Source: an uncultured Wohlfahrtiimonas sp.
GTDB taxonomy: Bacteria > Pseudomonadota > Gammaproteobacteria > Cardiobacteriales > Wohlfahrtiimonadaceae
DNA length: 64,000 nucleotides
Reading direction: 5' to 3'
NCBI GenBank assembly: GCA_947630895.1
Contig: CANRJJ010000002.1
Coordinates: 7,852 to 71,851 of the forward strand
The position numbers and the translations under genes are program-made. The notes under the pieces were generated by a model, which saw only the letters and a program-made list of their open reading frames with translations, was not told where the DNA came from and did no database searches. This document shows, piece after piece, positions 1 through 11,100 of this stretch. Within the stretch, counting starts at the first letter, position 1, and each line of letters begins with the position of its first letter.

Positions 1-1
1 T

Positions 2-865
2 AATAAAGACGCTTGGAATGGTACTCTCATGGCTGTTTTCCAACCTGGTGAAGAAGAAGGTACGGGGGCGATGGCGATGGTTAAAGATATGGGTGATAAG
101 TTTCCAAAGCCAGATATTATCTTAGGCCAGCATGTAATGGTAGGTGAGGCAGGCTCTGTAATGTATAAGTCAGGCATTGTATTATCTGCCGCAGATAGTT
201 TTCATGTGAAAATTACAGGTAAAGGTGCGCATGGTTCTATGCCACAAAATGCGATTGATCCTGTGATGATGGCAGCTTATACAGCTGTTCGCTTACAAAG
301 TGTTGTATCTCGTGAGATTTCTCCGTTAGATGGCGCGGTATTAACGATTGGTGCAATTCAAGCAGGTACAAAAGAAAATATTATCCCGGATGATGCAATG
401 TTGAAATTAAACATGCGCAGTTATAAAGAATCTGTGCGTCAACAAATGATAGAGTCAATGAAACGTATTTGCCAATGTGAATGTCATGCATCTAATGCAC
501 CTGTAGCTCCTGAGTTTACTCAAATTGATAGTTATCCAAGTACAGAAAATGATGTTGTTGCAACAGAGAAATTAGAAAAAAGTTTTATTGAAATTTTTGC
601 AGATAAAGCGATTGAAATTGGTCCACAAAATGCGAGTGAAGATTTCAGTAATTTTGGTAGAAGTTGGAATGTGCCTTATGTGTTCTGGTTTATTGGATCA
701 ACAGAGCCAAGCGTTTGGGATGCTGCTGTTGCGAATAACACAATTAATCAAGTGCCTGCAAACCATTCATCATTATTTAAAGTTGAATTAGATCCAACGG
801 TACAAAAAGGTTTAGAAGCGATGTTAGTGGCTGCATTAACTTGGTTAACACCAGAGCAGAAATAA
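2..865 (+). CDS. Peptidase M20D-family amidohydrolase (hippurate hydrolase/aminoacylase-like), 5' end cut by the window edge
   Basis: The reading frame is open from nt 2 (NKDAWNGTL precedes the tracked Met at 29). FQPGEEEGTGA and GKGAHGSMPQNAIDP resemble the metal-binding motifs of M20D amidohydrolases. Confidence 0.75.
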   Translation, partial: NKDAWNGTLMAVFQPGEEEGTGAMAMVKDMGDKFPKPDIILGQHVMVGEAGSVMYKSGIVLSAADSFHVKITGKGAHGSMPQNAIDPVMMAAYTAVRLQSVVSREISPLDGAVLTIGAIQAGTKENIIPDDAMLKLNMRSYKESVRQQMIESMKRICQCECHASNAPVAPEFTQIDSYPSTENDVVATEKLEKSFIEIFADKAIEIGPQNASEDFSNFGRSWNVPYVFWFIGSTEPSVWDAAVANNTINQVPANHSSLFKVELDPTVQKGLEAMLVAALTWLTPEQK

Positions 866-879
866 TCATTAGATAAAAT

Positions 880-906
880 AAAAGCACCGTAAGGTGCTTT
901 TATTTT
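880..906. terminator. Bidirectional intrinsic terminator between the convergent amidohydrolase and metG genes
   Basis: Stem aaagcacc / loop gtaa / stem ggtgcttt, flanked by A-rich sequence on the left and T-rich sequence on the right. Confidence 0.7.
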
Positions 907-915
907 GAATCAAAA

Positions 916-3021
916 TTAAGAAATTTTAGCGCCAGGCTTTAATTCACTTAATGTTGTTAACAGTGCTAAATCATTGTCGATAGAAGCTGATAAAATCATA
1001 CCTTCACTCACACCAAAACGCATTTTACGAGGCGCAAGATTCGCAACAACAATAACGTATTTACCAATCAATAACTGTGGTTCACTATAAGCAGAGCGAA
1101 TGCCTGAGAAAATATTGCGTGGTTTTTCTTCACCTAAATCTACAGTGAATGCGAGTAACTTGTCAGAGCCTTCTACGAAATCACAATGCAAAACTTTACC
1201 TAAGCGTAAATCCACTTTTGAGAAATCATCAATATTGATAAACCCTTCAGGTGCTGCTTCAGGCTCTTTTGCCTTTTTAGATTTCTCTTTTTTATCTGAT
1301 TTTTCCGCTTTTACTGGCTCTGTTGGTGCTAGGCTTGATTTATTACGTTCAACCAATTGTTCTAATTGTTTTAATTCGACGCGCTTCATCAAGTGTTCAT
1401 AAGTATTGATGGTTGCATTCTCTAAGCTATTTTCAGTTGCATCAAAAGTACTGAGATCACTATTTAAGTATGTACCAATATTACCAACGGTTTCAGGCAA
1501 TACTGGGAATAAGTAGATGCTTAATAATCTAAATGCTTCTAAGTAGCTTGTGCACAATGCATGCAAACGAGCATGTTGTGCTTCATCTTTTGCCAATTCC
1601 CATGGTTTAGTTGTATCAAAGCTTTCATTCACTAAATCACAGCCACGTGCGATTTCACGCATTGCAGCAGCATAGTTACGATCATCATAATGAGCCACAA
1701 TGCTTGCTTTCATAGCGCGAATTGTGGTTAACAATTCAGATGTTTCGTCTGCAAAAGTACTTAATTGATTATTGAATAAGTTAGAAACAAATTTACTTGT
1801 ACGAGAAGCAATATTGATGAATTTACCCACTAAATCAGCATTCACGCGGTTCACTAAATCTTCTAAATTTAAGTCTAGATCATCAATCGCACCTGATGAT
1901 TTCGCTGCAAAATAGTAACGTAACCATTCAGGATTCAAGTTTTCTTCTAAATATGAACGCGCAGTAATAAATGTACCGCGAGATTTACTCATTTTTGCGC
2001 CATTCACAGTGATAAAACCATTCACTGCATATTGCGTTGGTAAGCGGTAACCAGAGAAGTTCAACATTGCAGGCCAGAATAATGTATGAAAATACATAAT
2101 ATCTTTACCGATGAAATGCACCATTTCTGTGCCAGCTTTATCAGCGGCTTCTTTATTTGTGAAATCTTCAAAACTGAATTGAGGATTTTTATTAATGTAG
2201 TTTGCTAATGAACCCAAGTAACCAACAGGTGCATCTAGCCATACATAGAAGTATTTATTCGGTTCATTTGGGATAGGGAAGCCAAAGTAAGGCGCATCAC
2301 GAGAGATATCCCAATCTGATAGTTTATTGTCACCATCTTCACCGAGCCATTCTTTCATTTTATTAGCAGCTTCAGGCTGTAAGCGATCACTGTTAGCTAA
2401 AAATTCACGTAGAAATTTTACACAGCGTTCATCTGATAATTTAAAGAAGAAATGCTCAGAGCCTTTCATTACAGGTGTTTTACCTGAAACAACTGAGAAA
2501 GGATTAATTAATTCTGTTGGTTGATATACGCCACCACAAACTTCGCAGTTATCACCATATTGATCTTTCGCATGACACTTTGGACATTCTCCTTTGATGA
2601 AACGATCAGGCAAGAACATTTGCTTTTCTTCATCAAAGAACTGCTGAATTTCACGCGTGACGATCAAATCAGCTGCTTTTAATTTCAAATAAATGTCTTC
2701 AACCAATAAACGGTTTTCTTCGCTGTCAGTCGTATGATAGTTATCAAAATGAACATGGAAGTCTTGGAAATCTTTTAAGTGAGCTTTTTGTGCTTTATCG
2801 ATCAATTCTTTAGGTGTAATACCCAAAGTTTGCGCGCGAATCATAATTGGTGTGCCGTGAGCATCATCCGCACAGATAAAATGTACTTCAGAGCCAGCCA
2901 TACGATGGAAACGAGCCCAGATATCACCTTGGATATAACCCAATAAATGACCTATATGAATATCGCCATTGGCATAGGGAAGTGCATTGGTAATAAATAA
3001 CTTACGTTTCTCGATCGACAT
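916..3021 (-). CDS. metG: Methionyl-tRNA synthetase with a C-terminal tRNA-binding (Trbp111-like) domain
   Basis: 701 aa. HIGH-type motif [20 protein letters not shown] motif, Zn knuckles CPKC...CEVCG, and a conserved C-terminal dimerisation/tRNA-binding domain. Confidence 0.97.
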   Translation of the reverse strand: MSIEKRKLFITNALPYANGDIHIGHLLGYIQGDIWARFHRMAGSEVHFICADDAHGTPIMIRAQTLGITPKELIDKAQKAHLKDFQDFHVHFDNYHTTDSEENRLLVEDIYLKLKAADLIVTREIQQFFDEEKQMFLPDRFIKGECPKCHAKDQYGDNCEVCGGVYQPTELINPFSVVSGKTPVMKGSEHFFFKLSDERCVKFLREFLANSDRLQPEAANKMKEWLGEDGDNKLSDWDISRDAPYFGFPIPNEPNKYFYVWLDAPVGYLGSLANYINKNPQFSFEDFTNKEAADKAGTEMVHFIGKDIMYFHTLFWPAMLNFSGYRLPTQYAVNGFITVNGAKMSKSRGTFITARSYLEENLNPEWLRYYFAAKSSGAIDDLDLNLEDLVNRVNADLVGKFINIASRTSKFVSNLFNNQLSTFADETSELLTTIRAMKASIVAHYDDRNYAAAMREIARGCDLVNESFDTTKPWELAKDEAQHARLHALCTSYLEAFRLLSIYLFPVLPETVGNIGTYLNSDLSTFDATENSLENATINTYEHLMKRVELKQLEQLVERNKSSLAPTEPVKAEKSDKKEKSKKAKEPEAAPEGFINIDDFSKVDLRLGKVLHCDFVEGSDKLLAFTVDLGEEKPRNIFSGIRSAYSEPQLLIGKYVIVVANLAPRKMRFGVSEGMILSASIDNDLALLTTLSELKPGAKIS

Positions 3022-3092
3022 ATTGCTTTGCTCTCAGTTTGAAAAATAAAACGAATTTCGTAGTGTATCATTCTCTACGATTTATATTAACC

Positions 3093-3572
3093 TTATTCTT
3101 GATTGGCTTTTAGAAGAACGATTGCTTGTGCAGCGATGCCTTCTTCGCGTCCGACAAAACCTAGTTTTTCCATAGTTGTTGCTTTGACATTCACATCATC
3201 TTCATGGATGTTTAATGCCTTTGCGATGTTTGCAGCCATTTTTTCTTTATGTGGCATTAATTTAGGTCGTTCAGCCATCACGGTGATATCAATGTTGCCG
3301 ATTTTCCAGCCTTTGTCTTGTACTTTTTCATACGCTTTTTGTAATAAGATAACGCTATCAGCATCTTTAAATGCAGGATCTGTATCAGGGAACAATGTAC
3401 CGATATCACCACATTTTGCCGCGCCTAAGATAGCATCTGTCAAAGCATGTAAAACCACATCGCCATCGGAATGTGCTAGAAATGATTTTGTATAAGGGAT
3501 TTTTTCACCCGCTAAAATAACGTAATCACCTTCTTTAAAAGTGTGAACATCAAAGCCAATGCCTATTCGCAT
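3093..3572 (-). CDS. ispF: 2-C-methyl-D-erythritol 2,4-cyclodiphosphate synthase
   Basis: 159 aa. [10 protein letters not shown]...[18 protein letters not shown] is the IspF signature. It overlaps ispD by 10 nt. Confidence 0.95.
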   Translation of the reverse strand: MRIGIGFDVHTFKEGDYVILAGEKIPYTKSFLAHSDGDVVLHALTDAILGAAKCGDIGTLFPDTDPAFKDADSVILLQKAYEKVQDKGWKIGNIDITVMAERPKLMPHKEKMAANIAKALNIHEDDVNVKATTMEKLGFVGREEGIAAQAIVLLKANQE

Positions 3573-4267
3573 AATTCTCTCTCTTTTAATAAAAAACGCA
3601 TTAAGTGTAAATCAATCGGATGGGTAATTTTAAAGTTATGGGCATAACCTTTATATACATAGGATTTATATCCAGCCATTTCAATTGCTGATGCTTCATC
3701 TGTTATCGGTAAATTATCTGATAAGGCTTTGTCATAAGCTTCATATAAAACACCATAACGGAACATTTGTGGTGTTTGAGCCAAGTAAATAGTATCGCGA
3801 TCAATCGTTTTTTCAATCGTGTGCTGATTAACTTGTTTGACAGTATCCACAGCGGGCAATGCCATAATTCCACCGACTGAATTTTCTTCAGAAGTAACCT
3901 GTTGGATGAAGGTTTGTAGTTCTATATTGCTCAAACCAGGGCGCGCTGCATCGTGCACAATTATCCAATCGTCAGAATTTGCGATATTTGCTAATGCTTG
4001 TAAACCAAAAAATACAGTATGACTACGTGTTTCGCCTGCTGAATATGTGGAGATCTTATTTTCATTGATTTGGAGAGTGGGAAAATATTCATCATTATCC
4101 GAAATACCGATCACGCCGCTACGAACATAGCTACAATTTTGAAAAATGTTTATAGTCGTTTCTAAAACGGTTTGGTGATTAAGGAGCTCTAGGTATTGCT
4201 TAGGGCGATCAGCCTGCATTCGACTGCCAACACCGCCTGCGGGAATGATGAAAAAGATATTTGCCAT
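3563..4267 (-). CDS. ispD: 2-C-methyl-D-erythritol 4-phosphate cytidylyltransferase
   Basis: 234 aa. N-terminal [11 protein letters not shown]...PKQYL motif, and ispD-ispF operon arrangement. Confidence 0.92.
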   Translation of the reverse strand: MANIFFIIPAGGVGSRMQADRPKQYLELLNHQTVLETTINIFQNCSYVRSGVIGISDNDEYFPTLQINENKISTYSAGETRSHTVFFGLQALANIANSDDWIIVHDAARPGLSNIELQTFIQQVTSEENSVGGIMALPAVDTVKQVNQHTIEKTIDRDTIYLAQTPQMFRYGVLYEAYDKALSDNLPITDEASAIEMAGYKSYVYKGYAHNFKITHPIDLHLMRFLLKERELCE

Positions 4268-4475
4268 TCTGTGAAATTATTAAGAAAAAATCTATTTTAT
4301 AGCATTCATCAGATGTGTGTTGTTGTATTAATAAAAAAATCATTGAGTATTATCAATACATTTTATAAATAATTAAGGTAAACCCTATTTTGAAAAAGTA
4401 CCTATAGACGCTAAGTAGTATTTTTGTAATACTCTAGCGTTTTGAAAATAGCTTAATAATCGGGGGGTTAAAATA

Positions 4476-5774
4476 ATGAGTGAAGTACAAACGGGCTATA
4501 CGCCTGAAGAGCGTAAGAAAAGAGTCAAAGGAATCGTAGGGGCTGCATCGGGTAACTTAGTTGAATGGTTTGACTTTTATATCTATGCGGTTTTTGCTGT
4601 TTACTTCACATCGTCATTAACGGGTGGTGGTGCTGGTAATAAAGGTGCAATATTTGTTTGGGGAGCTTTTGCTTTAAGTTTCTTTATGCGTCCATTGGGC
4701 AGCTGGTTATTTGGTTGGATTGCAGATAAATATGGCCGTAAAAACTCGATGTTAATTTCAATTGTTATGATGGGTGCAGGTTCATTTGCATTTGCATTAT
4801 TACCAACATATGAGCAAGTGGGTGTATTAGCGCCAATCTTATTGTTAGTTGTACGTATGTTCCAAGGTTTATCAGTGGGTGGTGAATATGGCGCAGTTGC
4901 AACGTATATGAGTGAAGTTGCATTGAAAGGCCGTAGAGGCTTCTATGCATCATTCCAATATGTAACATTGTCTGGTGGTCAATTATTGGCAAGCTTATTG
5001 GGTGTTTTATTATTGGCAGTTATGTCAACAGAACAACTTGAAGCTGGTGGTTGGAGAATACCATTCTTTATTGGTGGTTTGGCTGCATTAGTATCTTTAT
5101 GGGTGCGTCGTTCAATCGAAGAAACCACTACAGAAGCACAACGTGAATCAAAAGAATCAGGCAGTTTAATTGTATTATTTAGAGATTACTGGAAAGAATT
5201 CTTCTTAGTTGTTGGTTACACAGCTGGTGGATCATTAGCTTTCTATACCATTACGGTTTATTCAAGAAACTACTTAATTGGTCTTGGAATGGATGGCAAA
5301 ACTGTTGGTTATATTATGACAGCTGGTTTGTTTATCTTTATGTTGGCACAGCCTGTATTCGGTTTAATCAGTGATTTTATTGGTCGTAGAGCATCAATGT
5401 TGTTATTTGGTGCAGTAACAGCAATCATCATTTACCCAATTATGGCATTTGGTATGGTTTCTTTGAAAGACTCAGCCATTATGATCACATTATTATTAGT
5501 GTTGATGATGTTCTCATTAAGTTTCTATACATCTATTAGTGGATTGGTAAAAGCTGAGATGTTCCCGACAGAAGTTCGTGCATTGGGTGTAGGCTTATCT
5601 TATGCGGTTGGTAATGCAATGTTTGGTGGTACAGCAGTTTCTGTTGCGACTTACATGCAAAGTAAAGGACACGCTGAATATTTCTTCATCTACGTAATGG
5701 TAATGTTAATTGTGACTTTCTTATGTAGTTTCGCGTTACCGAAGAAACCTAAGTTCTTAGATCACGAGCACTAA
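4476..5774 (+). CDS. kgtP: MFS metabolite:H+ symporter, alpha-ketoglutarate permease (KgtP)-like
   Basis: 432 aa with 12 predicted TM segments. By eye it aligns along the full length with E. coli KgtP as I recall it (GNLVEWFDFY, FQGLSVGGEYG, RKGFYASFQYVTL, KAEMFP..VRALGVGLSYAV). The RBS ggggg lies upstream. Confidence 0.8.
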   Translation: MSEVQTGYTPEERKKRVKGIVGAASGNLVEWFDFYIYAVFAVYFTSSLTGGGAGNKGAIFVWGAFALSFFMRPLGSWLFGWIADKYGRKNSMLISIVMMGAGSFAFALLPTYEQVGVLAPILLLVVRMFQGLSVGGEYGAVATYMSEVALKGRRGFYASFQYVTLSGGQLLASLLGVLLLAVMSTEQLEAGGWRIPFFIGGLAALVSLWVRRSIEETTTEAQRESKESGSLIVLFRDYWKEFFLVVGYTAGGSLAFYTITVYSRNYLIGLGMDGKTVGYIMTAGLFIFMLAQPVFGLISDFIGRRASMLLFGAVTAIIIYPIMAFGMVSLKDSAIMITLLLVLMMFSLSFYTSISGLVKAEMFPTEVRALGVGLSYAVGNAMFGGTAVSVATYMQSKGHAEYFFIYVMVMLIVTFLCSFALPKKPKFLDHEH

Positions 5775-5792
5775 ATACAAGTAAATTTAAAG

Positions 5793-5817
5793 GCCCGATT
5801 TTTCATCGGGCTTTTTA
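5793..5817 (+). terminator. Intrinsic terminator after the kgtP-like gene
   Basis: Stem gcccgat / loop ttttc / stem atcgggc followed by ttttt. Confidence 0.75.
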
Positions 5818-5939
5818 TTATTGATTATTTTTTGCTAGTCCAATATGTTTATTGGGCGATTGATATGCTAGGCTTTAGCCTAATAAGTATTAATTGTTTA
5901 AATATTATAAATCACGTTAACAACAAGAGAGGAAGCGCT

Positions 5940-6377
5940 ATGAGTAATGAGTATAAGCATGTATTAGTTGCAATCGATCATTCTGAAGATTCAGAGAAAA
6001 TTGTGAAGCAAGCAATTGTTGTTGCAGAGCGTAATCATGCAAAGATTACTTTATTGCACGTTTTGGAAGACATTAATATTGCACTCGGATATGAATTAAT
6101 GCCAATTATCTCTGAGCAAACTGATACAGAAATCGTCAGTGAAGCTAAACGTCATGCAAGAGCTTTGGCTGACCGCTTAGGCATTCCAGATGCAGATACA
6201 CATGTTGTTTCAGCATTCTCAACCAAAGAAGGCATTATCAAAACAGCCGAAACTTTAGAGATTGAATTGGTTGTTGTTGGTGCGCATACAAGACAAGGTT
6301 TGGCGCTCTTATTAGGCTCAACGTCAGGTTCTATTATTAATGATTCGCCTTGTGATGTTTTGGTGGTTAAAGTTTAA
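5940..6377 (+). CDS. Universal stress protein (UspA family)
   Basis: The tracked ORF starts at 5832, but an ATG at 5940 follows the RBS agagaggaag and gives the typical Usp N-terminus YKHVLVAIDHSEDS. The C-terminal G..GSTSGSIINDSPCDVLVV motif is present. Confidence 0.85.
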   Translation: MSNEYKHVLVAIDHSEDSEKIVKQAIVVAERNHAKITLLHVLEDINIALGYELMPIISEQTDTEIVSEAKRHARALADRLGIPDADTHVVSAFSTKEGIIKTAETLEIELVVVGAHTRQGLALLLGSTSGSIINDSPCDVLVVKV

Positions 6378-6399
6378 TTTATGTAAAATATAATAATAA

Positions 6400-6432
6400 T
6401 TAATGTTTGACAACCTTGTTGTCAAACATTAA
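6400..6432. promoter_or_regulatory. Perfect palindrome with 15-bp arms and a 3-nt spacer; candidate MarR operator or weak terminator
   Basis: ttaatgtttgacaac ctt gttgtcaaacattaa, lying between the usp stop codon and the marR start codon. No T-tract follows it. Confidence 0.45.
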
Positions 6433-6478
6433 GATACCCATCTTAATTTTACATTTGCCAGACAAGATAAATTAATTA

Positions 6479-6934
6479 ATGATGGACGACCGTTTTAATA
6501 TCATTCATGAGTTTTATACTAGCTTTTTCACAGCTAAAACAAACTTAATGAAAATTAATCAAAAAGTTATTGAGCCGACAGGTATCAATTTTTCGTCGTT
6601 TCAATTAATTGCACATATTTCTGTTGCTACTAATGAACATGGTATGACAACAGCAGAATTAGCTGAAGATCTTTTAGTATCCAGACAAGCCGTCTTAAAA
6701 CAAATGAAGTGCTTACTAGAAGAAAAATTAATTATTACTAATGAAAATGAGAAGGATAAAAGATCCCCGTATTACTGCATTTCCGAAAAAGGGAAGGCAG
6801 TTTTTGAGCAAATAATTGGAGAAATTTATAGTGATTGGATGTTAGCGAGTATGAATGATTTCACAACAGAAGAGATCAAAGCTGCGACTAAAATTCTAAT
6901 ACACTTAACGAAGTTTAAATATCGTGCTAATTGA
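6479..6934 (+). CDS. MarR-family transcriptional regulator
   Basis: 151 aa. Winged-helix region TTAELAEDLLVSRQAVLKQMKCLLEEKLI...DKRS. It sits immediately upstream of the efflux genes. Confidence 0.8.
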   Translation: MMDDRFNIIHEFYTSFFTAKTNLMKINQKVIEPTGINFSSFQLIAHISVATNEHGMTTAELAEDLLVSRQAVLKQMKCLLEEKLIITNENEKDKRSPYYCISEKGKAVFEQIIGEIYSDWMLASMNDFTTEEIKAATKILIHLTKFKYRAN

Positions 6935-6944
6935 GAAATGGAAA

Positions 6945-8129
6945 ATGAAAAGAAAAATTTTATCTAAAAATAAGTGGTTTTTGGCTGTCATCGGTAGTTT
7001 GGCACTATCTGGATGTTTTAATGGTAATGAGCAAGTTCAACAAGGTGAAATACCACCCGTATCCGTTGTTGCTATTACTGCTAAAGAAGAAAATGTATTG
7101 ATCAAAGCCGAGTTGCCAGGCAGAACGATTGCTTCAAAAATTGCTGAAGTAAGGCCGCAAGTGGGTGGGATTATTTTAGAGCGTAATTTTGAAGAAGGTT
7201 CGTTTGTTGAAGAGGGTGAGACTTTATACCAAATTGACCCTGCGATTTATGATGCAGCTTTACAACAAGCAGAAGCAGGATTGGCACAAGCAGAAGCGAA
7301 CCAATTCGCCGCAGCTGAGAAAGCTAAAAGAATTAATGCATTAGCATCTTCTAAAGCTGTCAGTAAACAAGATGTTGACGATGCGAACTCATTATTAATA
7401 CAAGCAAATGCACAAGTGATGGCAGCGAAAGCAACCGTTAATAATGCAAAAATCAGCTTGAACTATACGAAAATGTTGGCACCAATTAGTGGCCAAATTG
7501 GTAAGTCTAACTATACGCAGGGTGCTTTAGTGGCAGCAGGTCAGCCAACAGAAATGGCTACAATTCAACAGAATGATCCTATGCGTGTAGATATAACTTA
7601 CTCTGCAAAAGATTTTACTAATATGCAAAGAAAATTCCGCGATGGTACGTTGGTGAATCCTGTGGAAGGAGCGATTGATGATAATAATTTCACAGTACAT
7701 TTAGTAATGGATGATGGCTCTCTTTATTCACAACAAGGTGTTGTGAAGTTTTCGGATAGAACTGTTGATCCGACAACAGGCTCAATTTTAATTCAAGCAG
7801 AATTCCCAAATGAAGATCAAATTCTTTTGCCAGGTATGTTTGTAAGAGCAATTGTAGAGCAAGGTGTTCAAAAAAATGTTATCCAAATTCCACAGAAAGC
7901 TATTTATCGTGATCCTAAAGGCCAAGCATTTGTGATTGTTGTTGCTGAAGATAATACTGCTGAAATTCGTCCTGTAGATATTGAGCAAGCTAATGGTAAT
8001 AGCTGGTTGCTTGCAGGTGGATTAAAGGCAGGTGAAAAAGTAGTTGTAGAAGGTATTCAGCAAGTACAAAGCATGCTACGTAGAACAGATAAAGTTCCTT
8101 TGAATGTTTCTTCACCAGAAGCAAACTAA
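6945..8129 (+). CDS. RND efflux periplasmic adaptor (membrane fusion protein, AcrA/AdeI-like lipoprotein)
   Basis: The preferred start at 6945 (MKRKILSKNKWFLAVIGSLALSGC) gives a lipobox signal peptide. The coiled-coil hairpin and barrel-sandwich motifs are typical of HlyD_D23/AcrA proteins. Confidence 0.88.
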   Translation: MKRKILSKNKWFLAVIGSLALSGCFNGNEQVQQGEIPPVSVVAITAKEENVLIKAELPGRTIASKIAEVRPQVGGIILERNFEEGSFVEEGETLYQIDPAIYDAALQQAEAGLAQAEANQFAAAEKAKRINALASSKAVSKQDVDDANSLLIQANAQVMAAKATVNNAKISLNYTKMLAPISGQIGKSNYTQGALVAAGQPTEMATIQQNDPMRVDITYSAKDFTNMQRKFRDGTLVNPVEGAIDDNNFTVHLVMDDGSLYSQQGVVKFSDRTVDPTTGSILIQAEFPNEDQILLPGMFVRAIVEQGVQKNVIQIPQKAIYRDPKGQAFVIVVAEDNTAEIRPVDIEQANGNSWLLAGGLKAGEKVVVEGIQQVQSMLRRTDKVPLNVSSPEAN

Positions 8130-8160
8130 AGGTTAATGGGAATATTTAAAAGGAATATAT

Positions 8161-11100
8161 ATGGCTCGCTTTTTTATTGATCGACCAATTTTTGCATGGG
8201 TAATTGCAATATTGACAATGTTTTTAGGCATATTGTCATTACAATCATTGCCTGTTTCGCAATATCCTGAAATTGCACCCCCACAAGTTTCAATTTCAGG
8301 TGCGTATCCTGGTGCCAATGCGACCACTATTGAAAATAGTGTGACACAAGTTATTGAGCAGAACTTATCAGGATTGGATGGCTTTAGATATATGAGCTCA
8401 TCCAGTACGAGTCAAGGAAGTTTCCAAATTACGGTAACTTTTAATCAGGGAACTGATCCTGATATGGCTCAAGTGCAAGTACAAAACAAGATTCAAACAG
8501 CTCTGAGCACTTTGCCAGAAGATGTGCAAAGACAAGGCGTCACAGTTTCTAAATCATCAACATCTTTCTTTATGGTTGTGAGCTTCTATTCAACAGATGG
8601 TAAGTACAATCAAGCAGATATTGGTGACTTTGTGAATACCAATATCAAAGATACGATTAGTCGAATACAAGGTTTAGGAACGATTCAGTTCTTTGGATCA
8701 GGCTATGCAATGCGTGTTTGGTTAGATCCGTATTTATTGAATAAATATAAAATGACACCGATTGATGTCATGGGTGCAATCAGAGAGCAAAACTCTCAAG
8801 TTGCATTTGGACAAATGGGTGCAATGCCGACAACCAATGGTCAAGAAATTAACTTTACGATCACGGCGCAAACTCAGTTAGAAACTGTTGAGCAATTTGA
8901 AAATATTCAATTGCGTGTGAATGAAGATGGTAGTCAGGTTCGTTTATCAGATGTGGCACGTATTGAGCTAGCAGCAGAATCTTCTGCATTTGATTCAAAG
9001 TACAATAATATGCCATCAGCAGCATTAGCATTGAGTTTGGCATCTGGTGCGAATGCACTAGAAACAGCGACTAATGTAAAAACAACGTTAGAAGAATTAT
9101 CTAGCTTGTTACCTGAAGGGATTAAAATTGCGTATCCATATGATACAACGCCATTTGTTGAAATTTCGATTAAAAATGTTGTTAAAACATTGGTTGAGGC
9201 GATTGCTCTAGTATTCGTTGTGATGTATCTCTTCTTACGTAACTTCCGTGCAACGATTATTCCAACTTTAGCGGTGCCTGTAGTATTACTTGGAACATTT
9301 GCTGTTTTAGAATTGTTTGGATTTACATTAAATACATTGACACTATTTGCAATGGTACTAGCTATTGGGCTATTGGTTGATGATGCGATCGTTGTTGTAG
9401 AAAACGTAGAACGAATCATGGAAGAAGAACATCTTTCTCCTGTAGAAGCGACACGTAAAACAATGGATCAAATCACAGGTGCGCTGGTTGGTATTGCCGT
9501 TGTAATTTCAGCTGTATTCGTACCGATGGCATTCTTAGGTGGAGCATCAGGCGTTATTTATCGTCAGTTCTCCATTACAATTATTACAGCAATGACGCTC
9601 TCGGTAATTTGTGCGATCGTCTTTACCTCAGCTTTGTGTGCAACGATGTTAGAGTCTCATCATGAACGTCAAGAGCCCAAAGGTATTGCTAAACTATTTG
9701 TTCCATTATTGCGTTTGATTGATTGGCCGATTACTAAGTTTAATGATTTTTTTGATCGTTTGAATGCTCGTTATAGAAATGGTGCAAAACATGCCGTAAC
9801 GAATAGAAAGCGCTACCTTGCAGGATTTGCAGTAATTTTAGTTTTGATCTACTTTGGTTTCCAACGTTTACCAGCAAGTTTCTTGCCTGAAGAAGATCAA
9901 GGCATCATGATTGGTATGACGATAGCGCCAGATGGTACATCTTTAAATATTACCAATGATATTTTATCGCAAGTAGCGGAACATGTATTGACTGAAGAGA
10001 CTGATTCTGTTGAATCTATTATGGCTGTTAGTGGCTTTAGCTTCAGTGGGCGTGGTGGCCAGCATGGTGTGTTCTTCTTAAAGTTAAAAGATTGGGGTTT
10101 ACGTACATCGAAAGAACAATCTTTAGGGGCAATTCAGAATCGCATTCAGACTTTTTTACAAACTATTCCTGGTGCTCAAGGCTTTGTCTTTGCACCACCT
10201 GCGATTATTGAGTTAGGAACGGCAACTGGTGTTTCATTTACATTACAAAATATGACAGGCTTACCACATGATCAATTCATGGGTGAAGTAATGAAGTTTA
10301 TGGGACTAGCCGCGACAAAGTCAAAAACCATGAATATTGCAACTTTACGTCCAGGAGGTCAGTTTGATGGTCCTCAGTTATATGTAGATATTGACCAAGA
10401 AAAAGCACGTGCTTTGCAAATCACGGTAGGGGATATTAATAACTCATTAGCAATTGCTTGGGGTAGTTTATATGTGAATGACTTTATTGATCGTGGTCGT
10501 GTGAAACGTGTAATGCTGCAAGGTGATGCAGAGTATCGCATGCAAGCAGAAGACTTTGATAAATGGTATGTGCGTAATAAAGTCGGACAAATGGTTCCAT
10601 TCAGTGCCTTTGCAACAACAAAATGGACATATGGACCTGCGCAGTTGAACCGTTTTGATGGTTATTCATCATTCCCTATGTCGATTGAAGCAAAACCTGG
10701 ATACAGTACAGGTGAAGTGATGAAAGAGATTGAAGAGATGACTAAAGAGTATCTAGATGGTATTCAAGTAAAATGGACAGATACATCTTATGAAGAGCGT
10801 GAAGCTGGTGATATACAGATGATTCTATATGCAATCTCCGTATTTGTAATTTTCCTAAGTTTGGCGGCATTGTATGAATCATGGTCTATCCCATTTGCGG
10901 TAATTTTAACGTTACCTGTAGGTGTCATTGGTGCGGTCATTGCTGCAAATATGGGTGGTGTCGATAATGATGTCTATTTCCAAGTAGGGTTGTTGACAGT
11001 ATTAGGATTAACCTCGAAGAATGCGATCTTAATTATTGAGTTTGCGAAAGATCTATTATTGCAAGGTAAGAATATTATTGATGCAACAGTAGAAGCAGCA

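Noticed and set aside
5832-5939. A 36-codon N-terminal extension of the Usp ORF in the track
   Set aside because: The extension has no RBS and is hydrophobic and low-complexity. The ATG at 5940 has a good RBS and yields the canonical Usp N-terminus.
8934-9419. A 161-aa minus-strand ORF inside the RND permease gene; similar antisense ORFs lie at 1100-1402, 3103-3495, 28872-29279, 31847-32194, 35916-36227 and 42111-42440
   Set aside because: These lie entirely antisense to strongly supported conserved genes. Their translations are low-complexity, with no recognisable motifs and no RBS. They are typical shadow ORFs.
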